Source: Lama guanicoe (Eukaryota). Taken from it: a DNA stretch of 64,000 bases. The stretch is taken from assembly GCA_013239625.1 (NCBI GenBank), contig MU053799.1:62001-126000 (forward strand), given 5' to 3'. The stretch's first letter is position 1, and each line of letters starts with the position of its first letter. A program made the translations under genes and the position numbers. The notes under the pieces are model-generated. The model worked only from the letters and a program-made list of their open reading frames with translations. It was not told where the DNA came from and did not search any database. This document shows positions 36,028 to 48,714 of the stretch, piece by piece.

Positions 36028-36518
36028 ATGGCCTGGACCCCCCTCCTGCTCTCCCTCCTCTCTGTCTGCACAGGTGCTGCCCCCAGAGCTCAGACCCCAG
36101 GGTACCCAGGGATCAGCCTGGCCCTGAATGTCAGCTCAGCACAGGGGATGCTGCGGGCTGCGTGGTCGTAGGGGATGAGACCCTGGTCCCCACCTTCACT
36201 CTCTTCTCATCCCCTGCAGGTTCTGTGGCCTCTTCTGCACTGACTCAGCCCTCTGCAGTGTCCGTGTCCTTGGGACAAACGGCCAGGATCACCTGCCAAG
36301 GAAGCAGTTTAGGAAGTAGTTATGCTCACTGGTACCAGCAGATGCCAGGCCAGGCCCCTGTGCTGGTCATCTACAGAGATAGTGAACGGCCCTCAGGGAT
36401 CCCTGAGCGGTTCTCTGGCTCCAGCTCTGGGGGCACAGCCACCCTGACCATCAGCGGGGCCCAGGCTGAGGACGAGGCTGACTATTACTGTCAGTCAGCA
36501 GACAGTAGTGATAATGCT
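36028..36518 (+). CDS. IGLV3-like gene segment, open (V-3): leader 36028-36073, V exon 36220-36518
   Basis: Octamer 35911-35918. [26 protein letters not shown]...C...WYQQ...[17 protein letters not shown] intact. Confidence 0.93.
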
Positions 36519-36557
36519 CACAGTGACACAGGCAGATGGGGAAGTGGGACACAAACC
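36519..36557 (+). other. 23-RSS of V-3
   Basis: CACAGTG + 23 nt + ACACAAACC. Confidence 0.92.
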
Positions 36558-36689
36558 CCCTCCCCATCTGTGTCACCCAAGAGACAATTCCTATCTGGTC
36601 ATGAAATTGCACAGATGATAAGATGTGGCAGGAAGGATGCTCAGACAATGGTTATCCTCCTCCTCCACTTGTTCATGAGGGTAGAGGAA

Positions 36690-39180
36690 TGACAGCCTAT
36701 GTTCACTACATACTAAGGAGATATGTTTTAAAAACCCAACTTAAACCTCTAGGAATGAAAACCACAGTGAGATGCAATTACACTGCATGAGAAGGACAAT
36801 GTTTTCCACAGCAATGAGAAGCTTAGTGATCGTCAACATAGAACCATGGGAAAGGCACGAAACCACAGAGGGAAACAAACTGAAAAATGAATGAACAGAG
36901 CATCATATGTTGTAGGAAAATTTCCACAAGCCTAGTACAGGGGCATTGGAATCTCAGAGTCAGAAAATATGTTGGGGAGGTGGAAAGAAAAAATATTTGA
37001 AGAAATACTGGTTGAAAATATTCTAATTTCAATGGAACCTAGGAACCCACAGATCTAGGAAGCTCCACAAACTCCAAGCACAAGAAACACAAAGGAAACA
37101 ACAACACACACTGACGTCGAGTCCTTAGAAGCCGTGTCAAAGAGACACAACAGCAGACGCAGAGAAAGGACACGCTCTCCCCAGAGGAAGGAGCACAGTG
37201 GGTTGAGGGCCTCCCTCCTTCGAGACCACCGGATGCAAGCAGACACTGCAGCCGTCTCTTTAGAATCAAAAAGCAAAAACAAACCAACACAACACAACAC
37301 AACAGCAACAGAAGAAGCCGTGTCCACTCTGAACTCCACTCACTGGAAATATCTGCCCAAATGGAAGGCAGAAGACAACATTCTCAGACCCCCAAAGAGA
37401 GACTCAATCACCAGCAGAGCCTCAGAGCCTGAAATGGCCAAGGACCCCTCTCACCTGGATAGAAATAGGAATCCACACAAAGAAATGGGAAGGTCAGATA
37501 TGTGGCCACGTGCACAAAGAGAGAAGCTCTGTCTCATATCACATTCTATTAAAGAAATCTCTAGAGCAGAAAAGAATAACGGTGTACAACACGGTCTGCA
37601 ATGTCTAGTGAGGCAAACACACGCTCGTGTAGCTCAAAGTTCTGAGAGGAAGGGGGTCACGTGGTGACGTCAGTGCCCTGGGTGAGAAGCGGTGTAATAT
37701 CTGGGCAAGTTTGGCATGTCCAGTGGGCCCGGTAGCCAACGTTTAAATAGCACCAACTTAAACAACAGTTTCAGCCAATCAGCCATAAAAGAAGTGAACA
37801 TGAAATCATAAAAAATATTCAGTTAATTAAAAATAAAGAAAAAGCAAAGTAGCAATGAGGAAGACATGGGACAAAAAGTAAAGAAGAAGCAAGATGAGAC
37901 ATTTTCACAGAAATGTGTTATGAATCCTGTCGATGGTAAGTGGGGGAAATCCCACAATTAAAAGACAGACACGGGCAGATTGAATTTTACAGCAAGACCC
38001 ATGGAAACGGCCCTGCACGGCCAGAGCGGCCTCCCAGCCCACAGACCCTCCGGCTCTAACCCGGGCACAGCCCCCTGCCCTCCCCCACGGGCAGGCTGAA
38101 GGGGGCTCCTTATGATGATCAGGGCTCTCCCTTCTGCACCGGGACCCTCCGTAACCCCTGACATCGTTCCTTGGTCTCCATCTCCAAACTTTCTGCAGAT
38201 TCTTGACATAGAACCATAGGAAAGGGATGAAACCACAGAGGGAAAAGAAAACCATTAGAAATGATGGATAGAAGGAAAAACGTACAATCACATAACACAT
38301 AGCAGCTTGGGATTGGCATTGTTCACTCTGCATAATCCCCTGTAGATGCATCCAAACTGCCCTGTGCGCTCAGCATCCGGTCCTTTTCATGGCTGAGTAC
38401 TGGTCCACGGTTCCATTCCAAAAGTCTGGGACCCAGTCAGTCACCCACTGAAGGACGTCAACACTGCTCTCAGCTGGGGCTGGTCCGCACTCAGGATCTG
38501 TGGACTAATGCGTCTAATTTTCCTGTGACCATAAGTTCTCACTTCTTTAAAATTAATGCTCAGTTGTGCATGGCTGGGGTGTATGGTGACCTCAAGGTAA
38601 ATTCTTTAAGAAGCTGCGAATTCTTTAGGAGACATTCTGCACCAGCTCACACTTCCCTTAGTCATGTATGTGCGACTAAGTTTCTCCACATCTTTGTCAG
38701 CATTTGGGTTTGACAAGATTTTATTGTAGCCCCTCTGATAGGTGAGAAGAGATACCTCACTGTGGTGTCATCTGCATTTCCCTCCTGGCTGATAAGGGAG
38801 GGCTGTTCACAAGCTCATTATCACCTCGCTGTCCTCTTCCACAAACTGTTTCTTCTAGTCCACTGGCCATTCTCTAAGTGAAATATTCTTGTCATTTTTT
38901 TCTTTTTACTGGTTACATTTCAGCATGTTTATATATTCTGTCCACTAGTCGTTCACTGGGTCTGTGTTTTGCAGAGTTTTCTTTCAGTCTGTTATTTCTG
39001 TTTTTTTCATCCCCCTTAGAGAGTTTGCAAACAAAAGATGTTGATACTGATGGGGTTCAATGTTTTCATCTTTCTTTTTCGAATCATGTATTTGGCATCA
39101 CCAAACAATTCTTGCTTAACCCTAGAGCCAAACAAATCATCTAACTTTTTCGTCAAAAATAAATTGATATATTTGAAGAA
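36690..39180. mobile_element. Old LINE-1 fragments (plus-strand ORF1-like ~36700-37950; minus-strand 3' part ~38270-39180)
   Basis: A-rich GAAAAAATATTTGAAGAAATA..GAAAATATTC..AGAAGC-type ORF1 text, followed by T-rich antisense L1-like text. Confidence 0.55.
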
Positions 39181-39643
39181 AAGACTTCCTGAAAGGTACA
39201 TGAGCAATTTCACTTTGTCCAATGAAGAAATTCTGGCCTCTCAGAGAAGCATGGTGACCGCTGTCCCTGCAGCACATGCTTCAAGCACTGCCCAGCCCCG
39301 CTGTGATGTCCTCAGCACTACATAGGATGACTGTGTCACCCAGGCACAGAGGGGAAGCCCAGGCCCAGACTGAGGTGTGAGTGCACTTGCTGGGGGCAGG
39401 GGGCAGCAGTTCCTCACTCAGCACCAGAGACACCTCTGGGACCTGGGCTCTAGCCTGGGAGTGGGGTTCTCACTGACATCCTCTGTTGAGCCCAGCTGCT
39501 CTATGCTGAGCAGGGAGCTGGTCACCAGGGCCACAGGGCCAGGAAGTAGATTTGCATGAGGATGTCCCTTCTGAGGATAAGAGAGGTCCCCAGACCCCAC
39601 CCCCGGCTGTGGGCTCAGAAGCAGAGCTCAGGGTGCCTCCACC

Positions 39644-40134
39644 ATGGCCTGGACCACCCTCCTGCTGCCCCTCCTCTCTCTCTGCACAGGTGCTGCCCCC
39701 AGGGCACAGATCTCAGGGTACCCAGGGATCAGCCTGGCCCTGAACATCAGCTCAGCACAGGGGATGCTGAGGGGTGCGTGGTCCTAGAGATTCAGATCCA
39801 CATCCCCACCCTCACTCTCTTGTCATCTCCTGCAGGTTCTGTGGCCTCTTCAGTGACTCAGCCCTCCGCGGTGTCCGTGTCCTTGGGACAGACGGCCAGT
39901 ATCACCTGCCAATTTGGCAGCTTAGGAAGCTATTATGCTCACTGGCTCCAGCAGAAGCCAGGCCAGTCCCCTGTGCTGGTCATCTATAATGATAACAGCA
40001 GGCCCTCAGGGATCCCTGAGCGATTCTCTGGCTCCAGGTCAGGGGACACAGCCACCCTGACCGTCAGCGGGTCCCAGGCCGAGGACGAGGCCGACTATTA
40101 CTGTCAGGTATGGGACAGCAGTGGGTATAATGCT
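39644..40134 (+). CDS. IGLV3-like gene segment, open (V-4): leader 39644-39689, V exon 39836-40134
   Basis: Octamer 39550-39557. SSVTQPSAV...[16 protein letters not shown]...[14 protein letters not shown]. One codon short in FR1. Confidence 0.9.
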
Positions 40135-40173
40135 CACAGTGACACAGGCAGATGGGGAAGTGGGACATAAAAC
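40135..40173 (+). other. 23-RSS of V-4
   Basis: CACAGTG + 23 nt + ACATAAAAC. Confidence 0.88.
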
Positions 40174-43100
40174 CCCCTCCATCTGTGTTACCCTCTCCTC
40201 CTGCCCCTAGAGGCCTATGGATAAAGCAGTGACAGGTCTGGCCCGGTTCCCCCAGATCTGAGCTCCCAGGCTGCCCTCCCCCCACCCTCCAGGCTGCTCT
40301 GCACACGGTGGATCAGGGGTGGATTTCTCCCTGGCAGGATGGGGCTGTCATGGTCTTTTTGTGCCTAAGGTGTGTGTAGGGTGTGGAGGGCCTGGGAGGA
40401 GACAGACAGAGAGGTGTCCAGGGAGGCAGGAGAACCCTAAGTCACAAGAAAGTCTTAGTCTCAGTAAAATGGGATTATTGTCGTGTCTCTGGGTGGAAGC
40501 ATTTCCCCTTCAGAACTAAGACTCTAGGCCAGCAGATTGGAGGTCAGGGGACAGGGAGCAAATGTCCTCAGCAGGTCCCAGGGATAATATGGGTGGAGCC
40601 CTCCCAATCCCTCACCTTGAATCCTGGCCCCGTGAATCCTGATGATGGAAGGAGCATCATATATTGTGCACAGATTTAGAGCATATGTCACACCTGGAAG
40701 GCATTACCCGCCCCCACACGGCGTTGGCACTTGTCTGGCAGAGTGACTGGCTCTTCCATCGGCTGTTGGTCCATCACTAAGGCAGCAGCCTTAGAATGTT
40801 GGGGAAAGTGGTGGGACCGGTGAAGCCAGTGAGCCTGGGCCCACGGCAACCTCTCTTCTGATGTGGAGTGAGCTCACGGTCAGAAGCCCCGTGAGGAAAC
40901 ACAGAATTCTATGAGTCCGGGGACAACAGTTGGGGCAGAAGCACTGCAGTCACAGAGGGCAACTCCCAGTCTGCGGCAAAGATCTGTCAGTAAGAGCAGA
41001 GCTCCCCCTCCATGCTGGAAGAGGTCTGATGTCATCAACAGACCACCAGGTCCCTGGCGTATTCCCGAGGGAAGGGTGTCCAACAGGAGCCGTGCTGGTC
41101 TGTGCTATTGGCAGGCTGGTGACGGAAGTGGCCGTGGGCAGGTCGGCTGTAGACACTGGCACCATCCTGACTAGGATGCTCCCCTTCCCATGGGGGAGCA
41201 TCCCCCTTCCCATGGGGGAGCCGGGTCACAGCGTCCACCCAGCGATGATTGGAGAGGGAGGCAGGCTGCTATCCACAGAGTCCTCCTGTCCACCTGGTTA
41301 TTAACATCACTTCCTTTTCAGGACACACGGTGCTAAGAATTTTCATGGGACACAAATAAATGAATCTCCGGGTCCCTCTGCGGGGGTTCTACTTGTGTCT
41401 TTTCCTTGTATTCCTGCCACGTATCTGACGGTCCACTAAAAGTCTGAGTCTCAGCCCATAAATTAGCACACAGCCCCCTCCAGCCACGTCTGTGTTCAGG
41501 TTAATGGACAGGATACCCGACTCCAGTAGTCACTCATCAATCCAGGAGAATCCTCCTCCACTGCTGCCCTTCAGGGTGTCCCTGTTGGGGTGGAATGCTC
41601 AATGGTTAGCTCTAAGTTGTGTCTTCATAACATCCCCAAAACTCTGCAAACCAGCCCCAAGGGATTTCCTCTGCGACACTGGTCAGAGGCGTCGCCCCAT
41701 GAGGCAGAGGTGGGCGTTGCTGGAGAAAAGACATTGTATTAGGACTTGGGCTCAGGGGTGTTTATGCCACTTCCCCAGGCAGCTTCCCGGGGCTTCAGGA
41801 CCTGGGGGTGGGCCCGACCTCATATCAACCTTCTCTACTTGAGGACTGAGAGCTAATGCGCATGCCCACCCATGACCCGGCAGGTCAGGCCTTGCTCCAT
41901 CCCCATAGGTGTCTCTGGTCCCAGGGGACGTAGGGGCTCACAGTCACGATACAGCTTCCACTGGGGCCCAGTAGCTGCAAAAGTCTTTCGCAGATGAGGC
42001 TCTCTGTTGACACAGATGATTGACAACAGCTAGGCTGCCCCTGTCTTTCAGTTCCAGGGACACCAGGATCATCGGTCAACACCAACGGTCTCTGTCACAT
42101 GATCCGATTACTCCATTGGTCCCACAGGACTTAATGGTCCACACCCACCTCCACCTTGGTGGTAAAACAGAACTACTTGTCTCCTGCCAAACCAAGGATC
42201 CCGTCACACACAGTCTGGTACCAGGGGCCAGCACTGGGGGAAAGGTCAGTTCTGGAAGAGAGAGACCTGAGAGTAGCCATCGTCTGGCTTTCAGGTGAAC
42301 GGAGAAGATGAGACACGGGAATAATGTTGGGGGGGGACTCTCTGCTCTGTCCCAGATCCAAGAGTGTCCACTAGGCTGCCCCATCATCTAGATGGAACTT
42401 TAAAGGCCAGGGATGTGACTTGCAGGAAGGATTATCTGCCAGAAGAAAGTGGATCTGAAGTAATGTTGGGTGGGTGGGTGTCATTCTGTCTCTGACTTTG
42501 GAGCAATAGCTACCTCTGCCCTTCTTTGGCTTTGCACCAACAGCCAGCACCAACAAAAGTCAGTCCCTGTGTCATGTGTCCCCCAAGACCAAGCCCAGAG
42601 CCAGATGCATTAACTTCCCGTGACCCCAGAGACCTGTGCAACAATGTTGCTGGGGTCCGGCCATCACCCCCTGCAAATGGGCCTTCTCATATGTTCATAG
42701 TGAGGTTGAGACCCTCATGCCTGGTCTGAGGCAGGCAGGGGCCACGCAGAGATGAGCACGTCCGGCCCTGGGGCCCGCCATCCCTGCTGGGGGAGTCACA
42801 CCTGAGCAGTGGTTCTGAATCTGCACCAGGACAGAGGACGCCCTGAGCCTCCAGCAATGTGCAGAGCAGCCGCCAGGGGGCAGCAGAGTCACACGGCAAA
42901 TTCACCTGGAGTGGGCGTGTCCTGGGCATCAGGAGTTCCACATGCAGGGGGTATGTAACCACCACCTCACACTGGAGGACAGGTGTCCTTCTACAGTGTC
43001 ACCTTCACTCTCAAATACACATTTTCTGTCTCCGAGTGTCTCAGTCCTGCTCTTACAGGTGGTGCCAAATTCCTGGCCCCACCCAGATGTCCGGCCAAAG

Positions 43101-44044
43101 TATACCCTGCTAAAAGGCATCACTGTCCACAACCAGTCCTCCCTGTGATCTCACATGCCCTCCTCCCCTGCGCTCGGAGCCCAGGTCCTCCAGACACAGC
43201 TGTTCCTGCTCCCTGGAAGCTCCCCCACCATCCCCAACCTGTCCCTCCGCTCACCCCTCACAGAGAAGAGGGAGGGGACCAGAATTTCCCCACTTCCCGA
43301 TTCCCTGGGTCTGACACACAGCAGTCACTCAACAAACTCTTCTGGACTCACATCATAATTATCTTTATGACATATATTTTCCACAGCAACGGAAGGCATG
43401 TTGATAGTGATAAACATTCGCTGACAGAGCTGTTAAACCCTGAAGCCCCCTCCTACTCTCCTAAACAGAAATCAGTTCTTTAAGCTCCTGGTCAGTTCCT
43501 GACCCGGATGCAAAATGGGGACACTGAGGACAGCATGCAGCCTGCCCCAGGAGCTCACAGCCAAGGGCAGACACAGACCATGACGGCTCTGGAACACTCC
43601 ACGTACTTTGTCAAAGAACGAATTTGACTCCCTCTCTGGAGCCCAGGAGCTGTGATCAGGGGTAGGACCCTGCACCTGGCAGCATCAGAGTGTCACCTAC
43701 AGATGGGTTGAAAAAGAACAGATTCATCTCTGGCCTCTCAGTGGCCGTGCCGACCAGGAGTGACATCAATGCACAGTGTGGGTAGGACATGTCCCCAGAC
43801 TCTGGGACCAGCAGGCAGAGGAGGAGCCCCTGGGCTTAGGTCGCAGTCTCAGGGCCCGCCACTCCCTCTCTGGGTCCCTGGGGACTGAGCCCTTCTCTGA
43901 AACCACAGAGCCCCTCAGGCCACCCCCTGGATGCTGGCTGCTTTGCATACCCAGCAGCTCTCCCTCCAGCAAGGGGATAAGAGAGGCCTAGGGGGAAACC
44001 TGCCCAGCCTCACTCTCGGGGAACAGAATCGGGGCACCTCCACC

Positions 44045-44772
44045 ATGGCCTGGATGCCCCTCCTCCTCAGCCTCTTGGCTCACTGGACAGGTGCTGCCCC
44101 CAGGATCACATCCACACCCGCCCAGGGCTGGGGACAAGCCTGGCTCTGACTGAGCTCAGAGGGGAGCTGCCAGTGGGGGCAGGAGGCTGGTGGTCCTGCT
44201 GCAGGATAAGGGGTTGGAAGCGATGACATCCCATACTGTGCTCAGTGCTGTGTGAGCCCTGAGGGGCTGCACCTGCCAGAGGAAGGGGGCAGGTTTCTCA
44301 TTTGTTCAGGGGCTCCATCCACCAGTCAAGCCCACGGGGTCACTGGGGGCGAGACTGATGGGAGGGGCCTCTGGGGGCCCAGGGAATCCCTGGGGCTCAA
44401 AGCATGTCAGCTGCTGGGGTTTCCTGGGAAAAGGTCCTTCATCTTCAACCCAGGTATCCTTTCTCTCCTGCAGGCTCTGTGGCCTCCTACGAACTGACTC
44501 AGTCACCCTCAGTGTCGGTGGCACTGAGACAGGCGGCCAAGATCACCTGTGGCGGGGACAACATTGCAAGTAAATATGCTAACTGGTACCAGCAGAAGCC
44601 AGGCCAGTCCCCTGTGCTGGTCATCTACAAAGATAGCAACCGGCCCTCAGGGATCCCTGAGCGCTTCTCAGGCTCCAACTCTGGGAACACGGCCACCCTG
44701 ACCATCAGCGGGGCCCAGGCCGAGGACGAGGCTGACTACTACTGTCAGGTGTGGGACAGCAGTGCTAATGCT
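44045..44772 (+). CDS. IGLV3-like gene segment, open (V-5): leader 44045-44090, V exon 44474-44772
   Basis: Variant octamer CTTTGCAT 43941-43948. [10 protein letters not shown]...[16 protein letters not shown]...[13 protein letters not shown]. Confidence 0.93.
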
Positions 44773-44811
44773 CACAGTGACAGAGGCAGATGGGGAAGTG
44801 GGACACAAACC
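44773..44811 (+). other. 23-RSS of V-5
   Basis: CACAGTG + 23 nt + ACACAAACC. Confidence 0.92.
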
Positions 44812-47800
44812 TCCCAGCCTGCACTGGTGCTCACCCCAGTCCCCTTTGAGCAGTGGGAGGTCAGGCTGAGGCCCGGGCATCCTCTCGGGCCCTGGCCCCG
44901 CTCCTCCAGGACTGCAGACACTGGCCTTTCAGAGCCGAGGTTTATCCTGATAAAGAGGGAGAAGGTAGCTATTCTGGGTTTCAAAGGCTGCAATCAGGAT
45001 TGGGAGGAAAGGAAAGGTTTAGGATCACGATGTGTGACTGTGGCCTCAGATGTGATCACGTGTCTTCGGGAGAGGGGGGTTATGTGACATTGCGGAGTTC
45101 TGGGGGAATCCTTCTCCTCTGAGAGGAACCTGCTGAATGAGGCCTGGGACGAGGTAATGTGCTTTCCTGCATGAAGTGTCCCCACGTCCTGGGGGCTTCC
45201 TGAGGCCCGGAGAGGACTGAGCACCAACCCCTGGCCCCAGGGCCCTCCTCCCCTGAGATGCAGCACAAATTACACAGACAGGGCGGACCCACCCTGGGCT
45301 CTTCCTGCCGACCTTCTCCTGGACACACAGTCCTCCTGTTGGACCCCAGGACCAGAGCCCCCAAAACTACCGTCTGATAGGTACAGACCCTCTGTTTAAG
45401 GAGATACAGATCATATTATCCAGGCTTCTCCAAGACACGCAGCCAATAGCGTACAGAGATGGATTAGGAGGAATTGGTCGACAAGTTTCTGGAGGCTGAG
45501 AAGTCCCAAGAGGTACCGTCAAAGGGGGAACCCCCGAGAACCTGTGCGTGATTCTGCCCCAAGGCCTGAGATCCAGGGAGGGTGACGTGCCTCTCATCCA
45601 GGGCAGGAGGGCGATGTCCCAGGGACCTGCCGGGAGACATTCTGCCCCCTCCGCCCTTTGCTCTTGCCAGGACCCCAGGGATGGGATGGAGCCCACACAC
45701 ATGGGGGAGCTACCTGCTTCTCTGAGCCCCTGGGTCCAAAGGCTAATGCTTTCCTAAAATACCCCCAACACACCCTGAAATGAGTACCACTGGGACCTGC
45801 TTGCCCAGCCAAGTGGACGCACGAATTCAACCATCACGGTGGTTAGTGACACATTGCATGGATGGGTATTTTACTATAGTTTTTTTAAATTGCTGAGTCT
45901 GAAAATAAAGTACAGGAAATGATTTTGAAGTCCTTTCACCAACAAAACAGGAGAAAGAACGGGGCAGTGATCACCATTCACCCTCTCCCTGGACAAAACA
46001 GGTGGGGTCACTGGTGCCCCATACAGTGTCTTTCTCGCTCTCCATATTCTACATATTTCAGAACCAACACTCATGTGTCCAGTTCAGCACTGCCACATCT
46101 CCCCAGAAACCCAGAATGTCTGTGACAGCTAATTACCTATGTTAGCGAATGAGCCCCTCAGGCTCCCCCCTCACACGTGGTCAGCAGTTCTCTCCGGTCC
46201 AGGTTCATCAGCTCTGAATCCTTGTAACTCGAGGCAGTAGAGCTTCTGCAAAAGGTCCACAGGGAGGAGTGTGCTCGCTGTGTGCAGCCAATTTCTATGG
46301 ATTGTAAGAAGTGCACGTGGGGGCCCTTCACACTTGCTTCAAAAAAACCCTAGACAGTAACTACGGTCGTGTTAAGAAGTCAGAACTCTAATAAAGATGA
46401 CAGAAAGGTTAAGTTTTAAAAAGCCGGTCTCAATATGCATTTGGTAAACATGTAGGTCTTATAAACCCGTGAAATCTCATCTGTCCCCAGTAAATTGGCC
46501 ATGAGACACCCGTCACTCCCACCCACTTAGGACAGTGAGGACCAAGCAGTCCTGCCCAGCAGAGCCAGCAGGATCCAGGCCAGGCCCCTGCATGGCCAAA
46601 CCAGCCTCCCACCCCAACAGATGCTCCTCTGTAACGTGGGACACAGCCCCGCTGACCTCCCTAAGCCAGGATGTGGTGGGGACAGCAGTGAGCCCCAGGG
46701 ACCCAGGCCTGCCACCCAGCCTGGCCCTCACGGCTCCTGTGTCCTGGTCAAGTACCGCCCCAGAGGACCAGGGTCTGATCCCTGGCCTCCATCCTGGGCT
46801 CATCTCACTTTTCTCTATTAATCTGGGGACTTCCTCTCTTTGGGTCTTGGCATTACCAGCTATTAAGCCTTTGTTCCAACTTAAATTATAAAAAGGCACC
46901 CAGAATGTATTAAAACCAAAGAGAAAATTGGCAAGGATCCCAGTGAGTCATGAGGTCCTGGAGTTCCCTGTCCTCCTTCTGCAGGAATCCTAGAAAGGGC
47001 TTCAGCCATTGGTATGATTTCCACATGGATTCCCAGTGGAATAAGCAGGAGATTCCCTGTGTTCTCAAACAGGCAGATGATGCTGAGCTAGAAATTCACT
47101 CCCCAAGAGCTGTGAGAGGGGTGAGATGACATGAAAACCACAGGAGGAGAGTTGAGGATGGTGATGGTGACGAGGATGGTGATGGTGATGGGGAAGAGGA
47201 CAGTGATGAGGACGGTGATAATGATGCCACGAGGCACAAATGAACTCAAGTACCAAAAACAGCATCACACAACTGCCCTCCTCAGGTGGGGATAGTATCC
47301 ATCTTCGTTCCTAAACACAAAGAGACCTGGGTCCCCAGGGTGTCACACACGTTGCTATGGACACTGACACTTTGCAGACAAGCTACAGTTCATCTCGCAC
47401 CCTCCACTCTAATAACAAAAGCAAAGGGTCGGGAAGGGCACCTCAACCCCCAAGATAAGGTTATGGGATCTGCACCTGCACCCCATAGGTGACCCCTCTG
47501 TGCTGGCCTGGGGAGGGCCGGGATCACAGCTGGCCCAGAGGCAGGGCTGGAATCCCTGCTCCACACCCACTCAGGTGATACATCTTTGAGGTAACCTGCA
47601 GGAAAGGAGATCCTGGTCTGGCTTTCATCTGCCAGAAGGGGGCAGCAGAGGCAGCAGGAGCATCACAACTGAGGTTGGGGCCACCCAGGTGGAGCTTTAG
47701 GATAATCGCTCTGGGGGTCCACTAGGGTCTGAGGGTCAGGCCTGGCAAGAAGTTGGGACTGACCACCCCATTCCCTGAAGGAACAGGCACCACGTTGGAG

Positions 47801-48204
47801 GTTCACATGCACAGTGAATCCAGGACACCAGAGAACAGGGCAGTGTGTGCCTCCCCTCCCAACAGGATCCTGCCAGGCTCACAAACCCACTGAGCCAGCC
47901 CAGAAGAGTCCACAGGCCAGGATGGTTGGGACAGTGGTCATGTGGTCAGACACAGGAAGGGCATTGTGACCACGGCCCCTGGAGGCCGGGTCTGATTTTC
48001 AAACATGAGAAGCCAGGGAAGAGGCTGAGTGAGTTGCCCTGGCTGAAGGACTGGTGATTCCCATCCCATTGAGAAGCCCCAGGGAGGGGGTAAATTTGCA
48101 TAAACCCAACCCTCCTGCCCCAAAGCTCTGAGGGAATAAGAGGGACCTTGAGGAGCCCTGCCCTGCTGCAGGGTCTCAGACGCAGAGCTCAGGGCGCCTC
48201 CACC

Positions 48205-48675
48205 ATGGCCTGGACCCACCTCCTGCTGCCCCTCTTCTCTCTCTGCACAGGTGCTGCCCCCAGGGATCAGCCTGGCCCTGAATGACAACTCAGCACAGGG
48301 GATGCGGCTCTGTGTGTGGTCCTAGGGAATGAGACCCTGGTCCCCACCCTCACTATCCTTTCCTCTCCTGCAGGTTACGTGGCCTCTTCTGCACTGACTC
48401 AGCCCTCTGCGGTGTCTGTGTCCTTGGGACAGACGTCCAGGATCACCTGCCAAGGAGGCAGCTTAGGAAGCTATGATGCTCACTGGTACCAGCAGAAGCC
48501 AGGCCAGGCCCCTGTGCTGGTCATCCATGATGATAACAGCAGGCCCTCAGGGATCCCTGAGCAGTTCTCTGGCTCCAGGTCAGGGGGCACAGCCACCCTG
48601 ACCATCAGCGGGGCCCAGGCCGAGGACGAGGCCGACTATTACTGTCAGGTGTGGGACAGCAATGGTTATACTGCT
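48205..48675 (+). CDS. IGLV3-like gene segment, open (V-6): leader 48205-48250, V exon 48374-48675
   Basis: Octamer 48094-48101. SSALTQP...[16 protein letters not shown]...[14 protein letters not shown]. Confidence 0.9.
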
Positions 48676-48714
48676 CACAGTGACACAGGCAGATGGGGAA
48701 GTGGGACATGAAAC
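48676..48714 (+). other. 23-RSS of V-6 (weak nonamer)
   Basis: CACAGTG + 23 nt + ACATGAAAC. Confidence 0.85.

Noticed and set aside
42983..43483. 166-171 aa ORF present in both cassette copies
   Set aside because: Non-ATG start, no domain, and C-termini differ by frameshift; identity reflects DNA-level duplication.
43772..43810. Isolated CACAGTG heptamers (also ~7937, ~37194, ~47810, ~58663) as cryptic RSSs
   Set aside because: I saw no convincing nonamer at 12- or 23-bp spacing; not scored computationally.
44773..45087. V ORFs reading through the RSS for up to ~100 codons (also V-3, V-7, V-8)
   Set aside because: Germline read-through past the heptamer is removed by V-J joining. Similarity among copies is explained by recent duplication.
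47065..47268. His-rich minus-strand ORF
   Set aside because: Low-complexity GAT/GGT repeat; the paralogous copy near 58 kb has no equivalent ORF in the track.
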